From contig CAVPHD010000006.1 in assembly GCA_963704165.1 (NCBI GenBank), forward strand, positions 5,497 to 69,496: DNA of 64,000 bases, read 5' to 3'. The notes under the pieces are model-generated. The model ran no database searches, was not told where the DNA came from, and worked only from the letters and a program-made list of their open reading frames with translations. The stretch is from an uncultured delta proteobacterium. GTDB lineage: Bacteria; Myxococcota_A; UBA9160; SZUA-336. Positions 8,676 to 17,755 of the stretch are shown piece by piece. The first letter of the stretch is position 1, and each line of letters starts with the position of its first letter. The translations under genes were made by a program, and so were the position numbers.

Positions 8676-10391
8676 TCAGGTGCTCCCGGACGGCTTCTCG
8701 AGCCGGTGTTTGGGCTTCTCGATCAGCATCTCCGAGAGCGACGCGCCGGCCGGGATCATCGGGAAGACGTTGTCCTCCTTCGCCACCTCGGCGACGACGA
8801 TGCAGGGACCCGCGTCCCACGCATGCGCCTCGCGCAGGATGCGGTTCACATCGGCGGAGCGCCGGATGCGAAGACCCTTCGCGCCGTAGGCCTGCGCGAG
8901 CTTGACGAAGTCGGGATTGCCCTCGAGATCCGCGCCCGAGAGACGGTTGTCGTAGAACATCTCCTGCCACTGCCGGATCATTCCCAGGTAGTTGTTGTTG
9001 ATGATCAGGCACTTCACCGGGAGCTTGTTCACGCACGCCGTCGCGAGCTCCGGGCAGGTCATCTGGAATCCGCCGTCACCGACGACCGCCCAAACCTTCT
9101 TGTTCGGGTGGGCGAACTGCGCGCCGATCGCGGCGGGAAAGCCGAATCCCATGGTTCCCGCGCCGCCGCTCGAGATCCAGGAGCGGTTGCTTCGCGTCAG
9201 GCAGAACTGCGCGGCCCACATCTGGTGCTGTCCGACGTCGGTGGTGATGATCGCGCGGCCCGCGGTGATCTCGTTCAGCCGGTCGAGCACATGCTGGGCG
9301 CGCAGCCCCCCCTGCTTCGGGTATTTCAGCGGGTACTGCCTTCGCCAGCGCGCGATCTGCGCCAGCCACTCCGCGGTGTCGGCCAGCTCGACCTGCGGCA
9401 CGAGATCTTCGATCACGAGCCGCGCATCACCGAGAATCGCGACGTCGGGGGTGATGATCTTGGCGAACTCGGCCGGGTCGATGTCGACGTGGATCTTGAC
9501 GGCACGTCGGCAGAAATCGGACAGGCGCCCGGTGATGCGGTCGTCCCAGCGGCCGCCGATCGACATGATCAGATCGCAATCGGCTACGGCCTTGTTCGCG
9601 TAGGCGGTGCCGTGCATGCCGAACATTCCGAGGTGCAACGGGTGCGTCTCGTCCACCGCGCCCTTGCCGAGCAGCGTCGTCACGACCGGCGCGCGCAGCT
9701 TCTCGGCCAGCGCCGTGATCGCCTTGCCCGCATCCGAGATCACCGCGCCGTGACCGACGTAGAGCACCGGCCTTCTCGCCTCGCGCAGGAAGCGCGCGGC
9801 CTCGGCGATCCGTGCGGGTTCCCCGCGACCCGGAACGGTGTAGCCCGGCAGGTCGAGCTCGTCGGTGAAGGCCGCCGTGCACGGACCCTGGCCGATGTCC
9901 TTGGGCAGGTCGATCAGCACCGGACCCGGCCGCCCCGAGGTCGCGATGTGGAACGCCTCGCGAACGATCCGCGGGATGTCCGCCGGATCCTTCACCAGGT
10001 AGGAGTGCTTCACCACCGGGTAGGTGATTCCGGTGACGTCGGCCTCCTGGAACGCGTCCTTGCCGAGCATCGGTGAGATGGTCTGGCCGCAGATCACGAT
10101 CATCGGGGCCGAGTCCATCTGCGCCGTGAGCAATCCCGTGACCGTGTTCGTCGCCCCGGGTCCCGAGGTCACCAGCACCACGCCGGGCCGACCGGTCGAG
10201 CGCGCATACCCGTCGGCCATGTGAGTGGCGCCTTGTTCGTGGCGAACCAGGACCAGTTTGATCTTGGAATCGACCAGGGCGTCGAAGATGGGCATCGCCG
10301 CGCCGCCAGAGAGACCGAAGATGTACTCGACACCCTCTCTTTCAAGACAGCGGACGATCATCTCCCCGCCAGTTGGGGCTTTCTTCGACAA
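8676..10391 (-). CDS. ilvB: acetolactate synthase large subunit, biosynthetic type
   Basis: 571 aa. N-terminal GGEMIVRCLEREGVEYIFG. ThDP motif GDGGFQMTCPELATA...IINNN. TTG start at 10391 with AGGAGA RBS 7 nt upstream. Confidence 0.92.
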   Translation of the reverse strand: MSKKAPTGGEMIVRCLEREGVEYIFGLSGGAAMPIFDALVDSKIKLVLVRHEQGATHMADGYARSTGRPGVVLVTSGPGATNTVTGLLTAQMDSAPMIVICGQTISPMLGKDAFQEADVTGITYPVVKHSYLVKDPADIPRIVREAFHIATSGRPGPVLIDLPKDIGQGPCTAAFTDELDLPGYTVPGRGEPARIAEAARFLREARRPVLYVGHGAVISDAGKAITALAEKLRAPVVTTLLGKGAVDETHPLHLGMFGMHGTAYANKAVADCDLIMSIGGRWDDRITGRLSDFCRRAVKIHVDIDPAEFAKIITPDVAILGDARLVIEDLVPQVELADTAEWLAQIARWRRQYPLKYPKQGGLRAQHVLDRLNEITAGRAIITTDVGQHQMWAAQFCLTRSNRSWISSGGAGTMGFGFPAAIGAQFAHPNKKVWAVVGDGGFQMTCPELATACVNKLPVKCLIINNNYLGMIRQWQEMFYDNRLSGADLEGNPDFVKLAQAYGAKGLRIRRSADVNRILREAHAWDAGPCIVVAEVAKEDNVFPMIPAGASLSEMLIEKPKHRLEKPSGST

Positions 10392-10453
10392 GTTCCGTTC
10401 TCCTGATCAGGTCATCGGCCGGTGAATCCATGAAAACTGCGTATCGGCTTCGC

Positions 10454-10483
10454 ACTTTACATTGAATCCCGATCGATTGCCAA
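10454..10483 (-). promoter_or_regulatory. candidate sigma70-type promoter for ilvBN (TTGGCA - 18 nt - TAAAGT)
   Basis: Read on the minus strand in the comparatively AT-rich 169-nt divergent intergenic region. It would give a 5' UTR of about 55 nt. Motif match only. Confidence 0.3.
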
Positions 10484-10560
10484 GAACTTTGGGTTTGACG
10501 GGTAAACTTCGCATCGCTTACGGTGGCACAGTTCTAAAATATGGCACCAAGGAGGCGAAA

Positions 10561-11382
10561 ATGGCCGCTCGATTCGAAGGCAAGGTTGGAATTCTCACGG
10601 GAGCGGCCTCGGGGATCGGGGCGGCCAGCGCCCGCCGGCTGGCCAGCGAAGGCGCCCGGCTGATCCTGGCCGACGTCAATCGGGACGCAGGTGAGGCCCT
10701 CGCGAAGGAGCTCGGCGGCGGCGGCGACCGAGTCGGCTTCGCGCTCTGCGACGTGCGCGACCTGGCGCAGGTCGAGTCGCTCGTGGACTCGACGGCGAGC
10801 CGATTCGGGCGGCTCGACCTGCTGTTCAACAACGCCGGCGCGGCCGCGTTCGGCACCACACCCGAGATCGACCCGGCCGCGTGGCACGACCTGTTCGAGC
10901 TGAACGTCCACTCGATCTTCTACGCATGTCGCGCCGCGATTCCGCGGATGCGGAAGTCCGGCGGCGGCGCGATCGTCAACACCGCCTCGATCTCCGGCCT
11001 CTTCGCCGACTACTCGATCCCCGCCTACAACACGACCAAGGGCGCGGTCGTGAACCTGACCCGTTCACTCGCGGTCGATCACGCGCGCGACGGGATCCGC
11101 GTCAACGCCGTCTGTCCCGGACCGATCGACACGCCGCTGATCGCGGGAATGAAGGCCGTGCCCGCGATCATCGACGAGTACGCGCGCCAGATCCCCGCCG
11201 GCCGGATCGGCCGGCCCGACGAGATCGCCGCCGCCGTCGCGTTCCTGCTCTCGGACGACGCGTCCTACGTCTCGGGCGCGATGCTCGTCGTCGACGGCGC
11301 GCTGACCGCGCACACCGGCCAGCCGAATTTCCGGCGCGCGATCGAGGAGCTTCGGGGCTCGTCCGGCGGGAGCGGTTCCTAG
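10561..11382 (+). CDS. SDR family oxidoreductase
   Basis: 273 aa from ATG 10561, preceded by AAGGAGG; track start 10462 rejected. [22 protein letters not shown]. Confidence 0.9.
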   Translation: MAARFEGKVGILTGAASGIGAASARRLASEGARLILADVNRDAGEALAKELGGGGDRVGFALCDVRDLAQVESLVDSTASRFGRLDLLFNNAGAAAFGTTPEIDPAAWHDLFELNVHSIFYACRAAIPRMRKSGGGAIVNTASISGLFADYSIPAYNTTKGAVVNLTRSLAVDHARDGIRVNAVCPGPIDTPLIAGMKAVPAIIDEYARQIPAGRIGRPDEIAAAVAFLLSDDASYVSGAMLVVDGALTAHTGQPNFRRAIEELRGSSGGSGS

Positions 11383-11431
11383 GTTCGCAGGCGTCGCCTG
11401 GATCGCGTGGCGGGAGAGAGCCGCGCGGGCT

Positions 11432-12238
11432 TCAGCGAGTCCAAGAGAGCGACACGCGCTCGTCGGCGCCGATCCGCACGTGGGGCGCGGGCATGAGCCG
11501 CAGGCCGCGGCCGTCGCAGCTTCGCCCGCTCGCGAGATCGAAACGCCACCGGTGCCAGGGACACTCGAGTGTGTCGGACTCGGGCGTCGCGTCCTCGAGC
11601 GGGCCGAGCCGATGCGGGCAGAGCGTCGAGTGAGCGACGAGCGTGCCGTCGCCGAGCGCGATCACGCGGAACGGGCGGCCGTCGTATTCGACCCGAAGCG
11701 GCAGCCGCGCGCGCACGTCGGCATGCTCGCCGAGGTCGAGCGGTAACCGCCCGCGCTCGGGGAGCGAGCCGAGCCCTGCGAGCATGCTCTCGCGCCGGAT
11801 CATCATCGCCTCGTCCTCGTCCCAGAGCCTCGCGTACAGCGCAGCGTAGCCGCGGCCGAGCGCCTCGACGCTCGCGGACGGAACGCCGGGCAGCAGGAAC
11901 TCGACCCGGATCTCGGTCGCGTCTTCCCGCCCGGGTTCGAGCCGGGTCCGGATCTCGGAGCCGGCGCCCGGACCGGCGACGGTCGCGGTCACGTAGCGCA
12001 GATTCGGCCGGTCGAGGCGGACCTCGACCTCGATTTCGCCGGATTCGTCGGCACCGCGCCCGCGCAGGCGCGCGCGCCAGCCGTCGGCGCTGGACTCGAG
12101 GCAGCGGATCGCGTCGAACGAGCCGCGGTGCAGACCCGGCAAGTGCTCCCAGTCGAGCACGTTCTCCCAGATGCGCTCGAGCGAAGCGCGGATCGTGCGC
12201 TCGTAGACGCCGACGCGGACGAGATCGGTCGCGCTCAC
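11432..12238 (-). CDS. Rieske [2Fe-2S] protein with an N-terminal SRPBCC / ring-hydroxylating-oxygenase catalytic-like domain (permuted domain order)
   Basis: 268 aa from GTG 12238; the rest of track ORF 11432..13759 is shadow of the fumarase gene. N-terminal [14 protein letters not shown] fits E-x3-D-x2-H-x4-H. C-terminal [23 protein letters not shown] fits C-x-H-x16-C-x2-H. Confidence 0.8.
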   Translation of the reverse strand: MSATDLVRVGVYERTIRASLERIWENVLDWEHLPGLHRGSFDAIRCLESSADGWRARLRGRGADESGEIEVEVRLDRPNLRYVTATVAGPGAGSEIRTRLEPGREDATEIRVEFLLPGVPSASVEALGRGYAALYARLWDEDEAMMIRRESMLAGLGSLPERGRLPLDLGEHADVRARLPLRVEYDGRPFRVIALGDGTLVAHSTLCPHRLGPLEDATPESDTLECPWHRWRFDLASGRSCDGRGLRLMPAPHVRIGADERVSLSWTR

Positions 12239-12280
12239 CCGGCGATGATAGCAGCCCACCTCCCCTGCTATCGTTCGCGC

Positions 12281-13930
12281 ATGACCGACTTCATCTACCA
12301 GCCGATCTTCGAGCACGGACACGACGAGACGCCGTACCGCAAGCTCACCGCGAACCACGTCTCGACCGCGAAGCTCGACGGGCGCGAGCTCCTGCTCGTC
12401 GATCCCGAAGCGCTCGTGCTTCTCGCGCGCGAGGCGCTCGACGACGTCTCTCACCTGCTGCGTCCCGGTCACCTCGCCCAGCTCGCGAAGATCCTCGACG
12501 ATCCCGAAGCGAGCGAGAACGACCGCTTCGTCGCGCTCGAGCTCCTGACGAACGCGAACATCGCCGCGGGCCGCGTGCTGCCGAGCTGCCAGGACACCGG
12601 CACCGCGATCGTGATGGCGTACAAGGGCCAGCAGGTCTGGACGACCGGCGACGACGCCGAGGCGCTCTCGCGCGGGATCTTCGACGCGTATCAGCAGCGG
12701 AACCTGCGCTACTCGCAGATGGCCGCGCTCGACATGTACACCGAGAAGAACACCGGCACGAACCTGCCCGCACAGATCGACGTCTACGCGGAACCCGGGA
12801 ACGAGTACCGCTTCCTGTTCATCGCCAAGGGCGGCGGCTCCGCGAACAAGACGTTCCTGTACCAGGAGACGAAGGCGCTCTTGAATCCCGCGTCGCTGAC
12901 GAAGTTCGTGTCCGAGAAGATCCGTTCGCTCGGAACCTCCGCCTGTCCGCCGTACCATCTGGCGCTCGTGATCGGCGGCACCTCGGCCGAGATGACGCTG
13001 AAGACCGTGAAGCTCGCCTCGGCGCGGTACCTCGACGACCTGCCGACGACCGGCAACGAGCACGGCCGCGCGTTTCGCGACGTCGCGTTCGAGGAGCAGG
13101 TGCAGAAGCTCTGCAACGAGACGGGGATCGGCGCGCAGTTCGGCGGCAAGTACTTCGCGCACGACGTGCGCGTGATCCGCCTGCCGCGGCACGGCGCGTC
13201 GTGCCCGGTCGGGCTCGGCGTCTCGTGCTCCGCGGACCGACAGATCCTCGGCAAGATCACGCGCGACGGCGTCTTCCTCGAGCAGCTCGAGGCGAACCCC
13301 GCGAAGTATCTCCCCGAGGTGACTCACGCGGACCTCGGCGGCGAGGTCGTGAGGATCGACCTGCGTCGACCGATGCGCGAGATCCTGGCTGAACTCTCGA
13401 AGCACCCGGTCGGAACGCGGCTCTCGCTCAGCGGTCCGATGATCGTCGCGCGCGACATCGCCCACGCGAAGCTGAAGGAGCGACTCGATTCCGGCGCGGG
13501 CCTGCCGCAGTACTTCAAGGATCGGATGGTCTACTACGCCGGGCCGGCGAAGCAGCCGAAAGACCGCGCGTCGGGGTCGTTCGGCCCGACGACGGCGGGC
13601 CGCATGGACTCCTACGTCGATCTCTTCCAGAGCCAGGGCGGCAGCATGGTCATGCTCGCGAAGGGCAACCGCTCGAAGCAGGTTCGCGACGCGTGCGCGA
13701 AGTGGGGCGGCTTCTATCTCGGCTCGATCGGCGGACCGGCTGCGCGCCTCGCCGATCACTCGATCAAGAAGGTCCGCGTGCAGGAGTACGAAGAGCTCGG
13801 CATGGAGGCGATCTGGTCGATCGACGTCGAGGACTTCCCCGCCTTCATCGTGACCGACGACAAGGGCAACGACTTCTACGCGGACCTGCTCGAGAGCAAG
13901 CCCGGCCCCGTCCTGCAGATTGGGCAGTAA
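12281..13930 (+). CDS. fumA: class I (Fe-S dependent) fumarate hydratase
   Basis: 549 aa from ATG 12281. [49 protein letters not shown], and a C-terminal beta-domain [14 protein letters not shown]. Full-length single-chain FumA/FumB type. Confidence 0.9.
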   Translation: MTDFIYQPIFEHGHDETPYRKLTANHVSTAKLDGRELLLVDPEALVLLAREALDDVSHLLRPGHLAQLAKILDDPEASENDRFVALELLTNANIAAGRVLPSCQDTGTAIVMAYKGQQVWTTGDDAEALSRGIFDAYQQRNLRYSQMAALDMYTEKNTGTNLPAQIDVYAEPGNEYRFLFIAKGGGSANKTFLYQETKALLNPASLTKFVSEKIRSLGTSACPPYHLALVIGGTSAEMTLKTVKLASARYLDDLPTTGNEHGRAFRDVAFEEQVQKLCNETGIGAQFGGKYFAHDVRVIRLPRHGASCPVGLGVSCSADRQILGKITRDGVFLEQLEANPAKYLPEVTHADLGGEVVRIDLRRPMREILAELSKHPVGTRLSLSGPMIVARDIAHAKLKERLDSGAGLPQYFKDRMVYYAGPAKQPKDRASGSFGPTTAGRMDSYVDLFQSQGGSMVMLAKGNRSKQVRDACAKWGGFYLGSIGGPAARLADHSIKKVRVQEYEELGMEAIWSIDVEDFPAFIVTDDKGNDFYADLLESKPGPVLQIGQ

Positions 13931-14117
13931 GTCCCATCGCCGAGTGACTGCAAGCTGACTTGCTGATCGCGACGCTCATTCTTCGCTGACCGATCTTCGG
14001 AATCGAGTATGCTCCGCGGACTGCGCCGTAGCTGAGCGCTCCGTGGGTGCGATGAAGCGGTTCGACGTGGACGAGCTCTCGAAGTCGATCGAGAGCACCT
14101 ACGCCACCGCGACGCGG

Positions 14118-14157
14118 GTCGCGGGGCGGGCGAGTCGCCTGGAGCGCGCCTCGTGAT
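14118..14157 (+). repeat. 40-nt relic of a LuxR-paralog 3' end plus start junction (37/40 identical to 15296-15335)
   Basis: Hand alignment: gtcgcggggcgggcgagtcgcctggagcgcgcctcgtgat versus gtcgcggggctggcgagtcggctggaacgcgcctcgtgat. It encodes ...GRASRLERAS-stop directly in front of the paralog-1 start, copying the paralog-1/paralog-2 junction. Confidence 0.6.
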
Positions 14158-15334
14158 CGCGTCGAATTCCAGCCGTTCGCAAGCGCAGCTGAACTCGCTG
14201 ATCGGCGACATCTACGACGCCTCTCTCGACACGTCGAAGTGGCCAGCGCTCTTGCCGAAGCTGCTGGACGCCGCGGGCGCGCACCGCGGCGGACTCGGCA
14301 TCGCCATGCCTGGCGACACGGCATCCGACCTCACGCTCACGCACGAGCTCGATCCCGACCTGATGGGGCGATGGCAACGTGAGTTCTCTGGATTCGACCC
14401 CGTCTACGAGCGACAGGGAATGCCGCCGGTGGGCTCCGTGTTCCGCGCGTGGGACGTCGTCCCTCCCGATGAGTTCAGACGGCTCGCGGTCTACCGCGAG
14501 ATCTTCGGCCCGGGTGGCGTCGACGACCACCTCGTGACCATCCTGACCCGGGAGGGCGATCGCAGAGCGTTCTTCTCGGCCTACCGGAGTGAGTCCGAGG
14601 GACCGTTCTCGGAAGAAGATGTGCAGGCGTACACGATCCTCTCGCCGCACCTCACGAAGGCAGCCCGAATCCATGAGAAGCTCTCCGCGGTCTCCAACGC
14701 CAATACCGCCCGGGAAATCGCATTCGAGATCCTGCCGTTCGGCGTGCTGGTGCTCGATCGGGACGGATTCGTCGTCTCGCTCAATCGAGAGGCGGAGCGA
14801 ATCATCGCGGCGGGCGACGCGCTTCGGGTCCGCTCCGCCCGATTGACCTTGGTTCATCCACACGCGGACTCCGAGCTGCAGCGGGCGGTGGGACGGTCAC
14901 GCGTGCCGCTGGCGGCCGAGACCGCGCCTCGAGCCAGCGTCCTCGCAGCACCGCGTGCGGGTCTCAGGAAGCCCTACCAGCTCTTGATCACGCCGGTTCC
15001 GCGGCCCTCAGCCGAGACGATCTTCGGCACGATACGCCGGGTTGCCGCGAGCCTGATCGTCGTCAGCGACCCCGAAGTCAGCGCTCGGCCAGCGGCGGAA
15101 ACGCTCCTGCAGCTCTTCGCCCTCACGCCGGCGCTGTCGCGGCTTGCCGCAGCGATCGCGGCCGGCAAGACCCTCCGCGAGTACGCCGACGAGGCGCGCG
15201 TGACCGAGGGCACGGCGCGCCAGCAGCTGAAGGAGCTCTTCGTGCGAACGGGAACGTCGCGACAGGCGGAGCTCGTGCGGGTGATCCTCTCGAGTGTCGC
15301 GGGGCTGGCGAGTCGGCTGGAACGCGCCTCGTGA
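14153..15334 (+). CDS. LuxR-family (GerE-type HTH) transcriptional regulator, tandem paralog 1
   Basis: 393 aa. N-terminal LIGDIYDASLDTSKWPALLPKL. C-terminal HTH LTPALSRLAAAIAAGKTLREYADEARVTEGTARQQLKELFVRTGTSRQAELVRVIL. GTG start. Confidence 0.85.
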   Translation: MIASNSSRSQAQLNSLIGDIYDASLDTSKWPALLPKLLDAAGAHRGGLGIAMPGDTASDLTLTHELDPDLMGRWQREFSGFDPVYERQGMPPVGSVFRAWDVVPPDEFRRLAVYREIFGPGGVDDHLVTILTREGDRRAFFSAYRSESEGPFSEEDVQAYTILSPHLTKAARIHEKLSAVSNANTAREIAFEILPFGVLVLDRDGFVVSLNREAERIIAAGDALRVRSARLTLVHPHADSELQRAVGRSRVPLAAETAPRASVLAAPRAGLRKPYQLLITPVPRPSAETIFGTIRRVAASLIVVSDPEVSARPAAETLLQLFALTPALSRLAAAIAAGKTLREYADEARVTEGTARQQLKELFVRTGTSRQAELVRVILSSVAGLASRLERAS

Positions 15335-16494
15335 TGTCTTCGAACCCCGGTCGTTCCCACGAGCGACTGGTCACGCTGATCACCGACATCTACGACGCCG
15401 CGCTCGACGCTTCGCGGTGGCGGGCCCTCCTTCCGGAGCTCGTTCAGTTCGTCGGAGCGACGCGCTGCGGATTCGGCATCGCGGCGCCGGACGACACGAC
15501 CACCGACCTGACCCTCACGCACGAGCTCGACCCCGAGCTGCTCGAGAGATGGCAGCGCGACTTCGCGGGATTCGACCCGGTCTACGAGCGGGTCGGCGCG
15601 CTGCCCGAAGGCATGATCTTCCGCGCCTGGGACGCGATTTCCGCGCAGGAGCTCCGGCGGCTCGAGATGTACGCAGACTGCATCTCCCCGCTCGGCATCG
15701 ACGACCAGCTCGTCACGATCCTGACGAGCTCGGGCGATCGCCGGGCGTTCTTCTCCGCCTATCGCAGCCAGTCCGAGGGGCCGTTCTCGGCGGAGGACGT
15801 GCGCGCCTACCACGCCATCGGATCGCACCTGGTGCGGGCGGCCCGGATCCAGGAGAAGCTCCACTCGCTTTCCTTCGCCGAGGTTTTCCGCGACGTCGCG
15901 TTCGAGGTGCTCCCGTTCGGCGTCCTGATTCTCGACCCGGCGGGCGCCGTGGTCTCGGTCAATCGGGAAGCGGAGCGAATTCTCGCGGTCGGCGACGCGC
16001 TTCGGATCTGCGCGCGTCGCCTGACGTTGTACTCCCCGGAGGCCGAGGCCAAGCTGCACCGGGCGATCGGCCGGGCACGCGCGCCCGTTGCGCCTCCGGG
16101 CCTGTCGCAGGCGAGCGTTCTCGCGGCGCCGCGTCGCAACGCGAAGAAGCCCTACCAGCTTCTGGTCGCCCCGATTCCGCCGCATGCCGCGGAGGCGGTG
16201 TTCAGCTTCGAGAGCAGGAGTCCGGCGGCCCTCGTCGTCGTCAGCGACCCGGAGGCGAGTGTGGCTCCGGCTGCGGAAACGCTCCGGCGCCTCTTCTCCT
16301 TGACGCCCGCGCTCTCGCGGCTCGCCGCAGCGCTCGCCTCGGGAAAGACCCTCCGCGAGTACGCCGGCGAGTCCGGCGTGACGGAGGGCACCGCACGCCA
16401 GCAGCTGAAGGAGCTGTTCATGCGGACCGGCACGTCGCGCCAGGCGGATCTCATGCGGGTCCTGCTCAGCGGAGTGGGGCAGCTGCGGATCTGA
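15331..16494 (+). CDS. LuxR-family (GerE-type HTH) transcriptional regulator, tandem paralog 2
   Basis: 387 aa, about 65% identical by eye to paralog 1 over the full length. The start overlaps the paralog-1 stop (GTGATG; GTG 15331 or ATG 15334). Confidence 0.85.
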   Translation: MMSSNPGRSHERLVTLITDIYDAALDASRWRALLPELVQFVGATRCGFGIAAPDDTTTDLTLTHELDPELLERWQRDFAGFDPVYERVGALPEGMIFRAWDAISAQELRRLEMYADCISPLGIDDQLVTILTSSGDRRAFFSAYRSQSEGPFSAEDVRAYHAIGSHLVRAARIQEKLHSLSFAEVFRDVAFEVLPFGVLILDPAGAVVSVNREAERILAVGDALRICARRLTLYSPEAEAKLHRAIGRARAPVAPPGLSQASVLAAPRRNAKKPYQLLVAPIPPHAAEAVFSFESRSPAALVVVSDPEASVAPAAETLRRLFSLTPALSRLAAALASGKTLREYAGESGVTEGTARQQLKELFMRTGTSRQADLMRVLLSGVGQLRI

Positions 16495-16524
16495 TTCCGC
16501 TCCGCGGCAGCGCGGCGCGGGGAG

Positions 16525-17478
16525 TCACGCGCACTCCCAAGTCACGACCCCGATGCAGCCGGTCTCGACGTAGGTTGAGCGGGCGATCCGGTCGGCGGGA
16601 ATCTCGGAGCCCAGCGCCTCGATCTCTTCGCGTCTGCGATAGATCAGGGACCAGTCCTGGAACGCCTCCATCGCGGCGATGTTCGGCGTCGAAGGCAGGA
16701 AGTTCGCGACCAGCAGGCGGCCAGCCGGCTCGAGCGCGGCGAAGAGCCGGGCGACGACTCCGCGCGCGACTCGATCCTGAAGGTAGTCGAGCAGACAGAG
16801 CGCGTAGATGAAGTCGAATCGCTCGGCCGCCCCGACGCTTCCGACGAGGACGCCGAGCGTCTGTCGGCGGAGCTCGAGTCCGGCGAACGCCCGATAGCGC
16901 GCGATGTGACTCAGGCTCTCCTCGTCCTGATCGTGCGCGACGAAACGCCGGAACCTGCCCTGGGCGGTCGCGCTCCCGGGAGACACCTCCCGCAAGTGAC
17001 CGCACGCGACGGAGAGCACGCTGGCGCCGGGCTGACGCGAGGCGAGCTGATCGAGTTGCGCCTCTGCGAAGTCGCGGCGCGCACGGACGGCGGCGGCCGC
17101 CGGTGACTCCACCCAGAAATCGCAGATCGCGCGGCCGAGCGGTGTCGCGCGCTCCCAGAGCGAGGCGATCGTCGGCTCTCGATAGAGGAAATCGAGGAGC
17201 AACGCGTCGCCGGCGTAGCCGCGCGGCTTCGCGCTGGCACGCGCCGAGAACGGGCACTGCATCGCGTGACCGTAGAGCGGGTGCAGGTGCAGCATGGGCA
17301 GGAGCTCGCGCCGCCAGACCTCGACGCCAACGCTGCGGCGGATGGCGTCCAACCCGTGAAGCAGGACATCGAACTCCGCGTCGTCGACGACCTTGCGCGC
17401 CGCGGAGTCGAGCCACTGGGGAAACCGTCCGACGGCCGCCGACCCGAACTCGTCCTCTGACCGCGCCGGCACCGACAT
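16525..17478 (-). CDS. class I SAM-dependent methyltransferase (PhcB-like subgroup suspected)
   Basis: 317 aa. SVLSVACGHLREV (motif I region), FVAHDQDEESL, ERFDFIYALCLLDYLQD, LLVANFLPSTPNIAAMEAFQDWSLIYRRREEI. From memory this pattern is typical of methyltransferases annotated as 3-hydroxypalmitate methyl ester (PhcB-type) synthases. Confidence 0.75.
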   Translation of the reverse strand: MSVPARSEDEFGSAAVGRFPQWLDSAARKVVDDAEFDVLLHGLDAIRRSVGVEVWRRELLPMLHLHPLYGHAMQCPFSARASAKPRGYAGDALLLDFLYREPTIASLWERATPLGRAICDFWVESPAAAAVRARRDFAEAQLDQLASRQPGASVLSVACGHLREVSPGSATAQGRFRRFVAHDQDEESLSHIARYRAFAGLELRRQTLGVLVGSVGAAERFDFIYALCLLDYLQDRVARGVVARLFAALEPAGRLLVANFLPSTPNIAAMEAFQDWSLIYRRREEIEALGSEIPADRIARSTYVETGCIGVVTWECA

Positions 17479-17537
17479 CGATTCAGCCCGGACCCACGAG
17501 ATCTTTCTTCACCGCCGCCGCCCCCCGGACAAGGACT

Positions 17538-17552
17538 CTTGCTCAGAGCAAG
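17538..17552. promoter_or_regulatory. perfect 15-bp palindrome CTTGCTCAGAGCAAG in the methyltransferase/ABC-F divergent intergenic region
   Basis: 7-1-7 perfect inverted repeat read directly from the sequence, 60 nt upstream of the methyltransferase start (17478). Candidate operator; no binding evidence. Confidence 0.3.
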
Positions 17553-17755
17553 TGACCAAACATCTCCCGAATGGGGGATGTGTGGTGGAGGCCCGGCCGA
17601 GTAGATTCGGGGGCGCTAGTGGCGCTGTCTTTTGCACCTGAGACCGCTCCGTGCGGTCGTATCCCGGGGACGGGGTTGTTCCTTCCCACTCGTCTCCGGG
17701 GTACACCGCGTTTCCGGCGAGACAAATGCGGCGACCGCCCTATGCTCCCGGCCCG

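Noticed and set aside
5032-8905. Long ORFs 5032..6579 (+), 5207..6730 (-) and the 989-aa 5936..8905 (+).
   Set aside because: These are off-frame or antisense shadows typical of high-GC DNA, where stop codons are rare. Their translations are Arg/Pro/Ala-rich. They span three independently supported genes (kinase, DASS symporter, ilvN).
10392-10447. Possible ilv leader peptide/attenuator in the ilvB 5' UTR (small ORF MDSPADDLIRRTE...).
   Set aside because: No run of Val/Leu/Ile codons and no obvious alternative terminator/antiterminator pairing. Out of frame with ilvB and overlapping it.
14052-14156. 34-codon ORF MKRFDVDELSKSIESTYATATRVAGRASRLERAS upstream of the first LuxR paralog.
   Set aside because: Its 3' end is a copy of the LuxR paralog-1 terminus, and no RBS was seen. 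Interpreted as a duplication relic rather than a gene.
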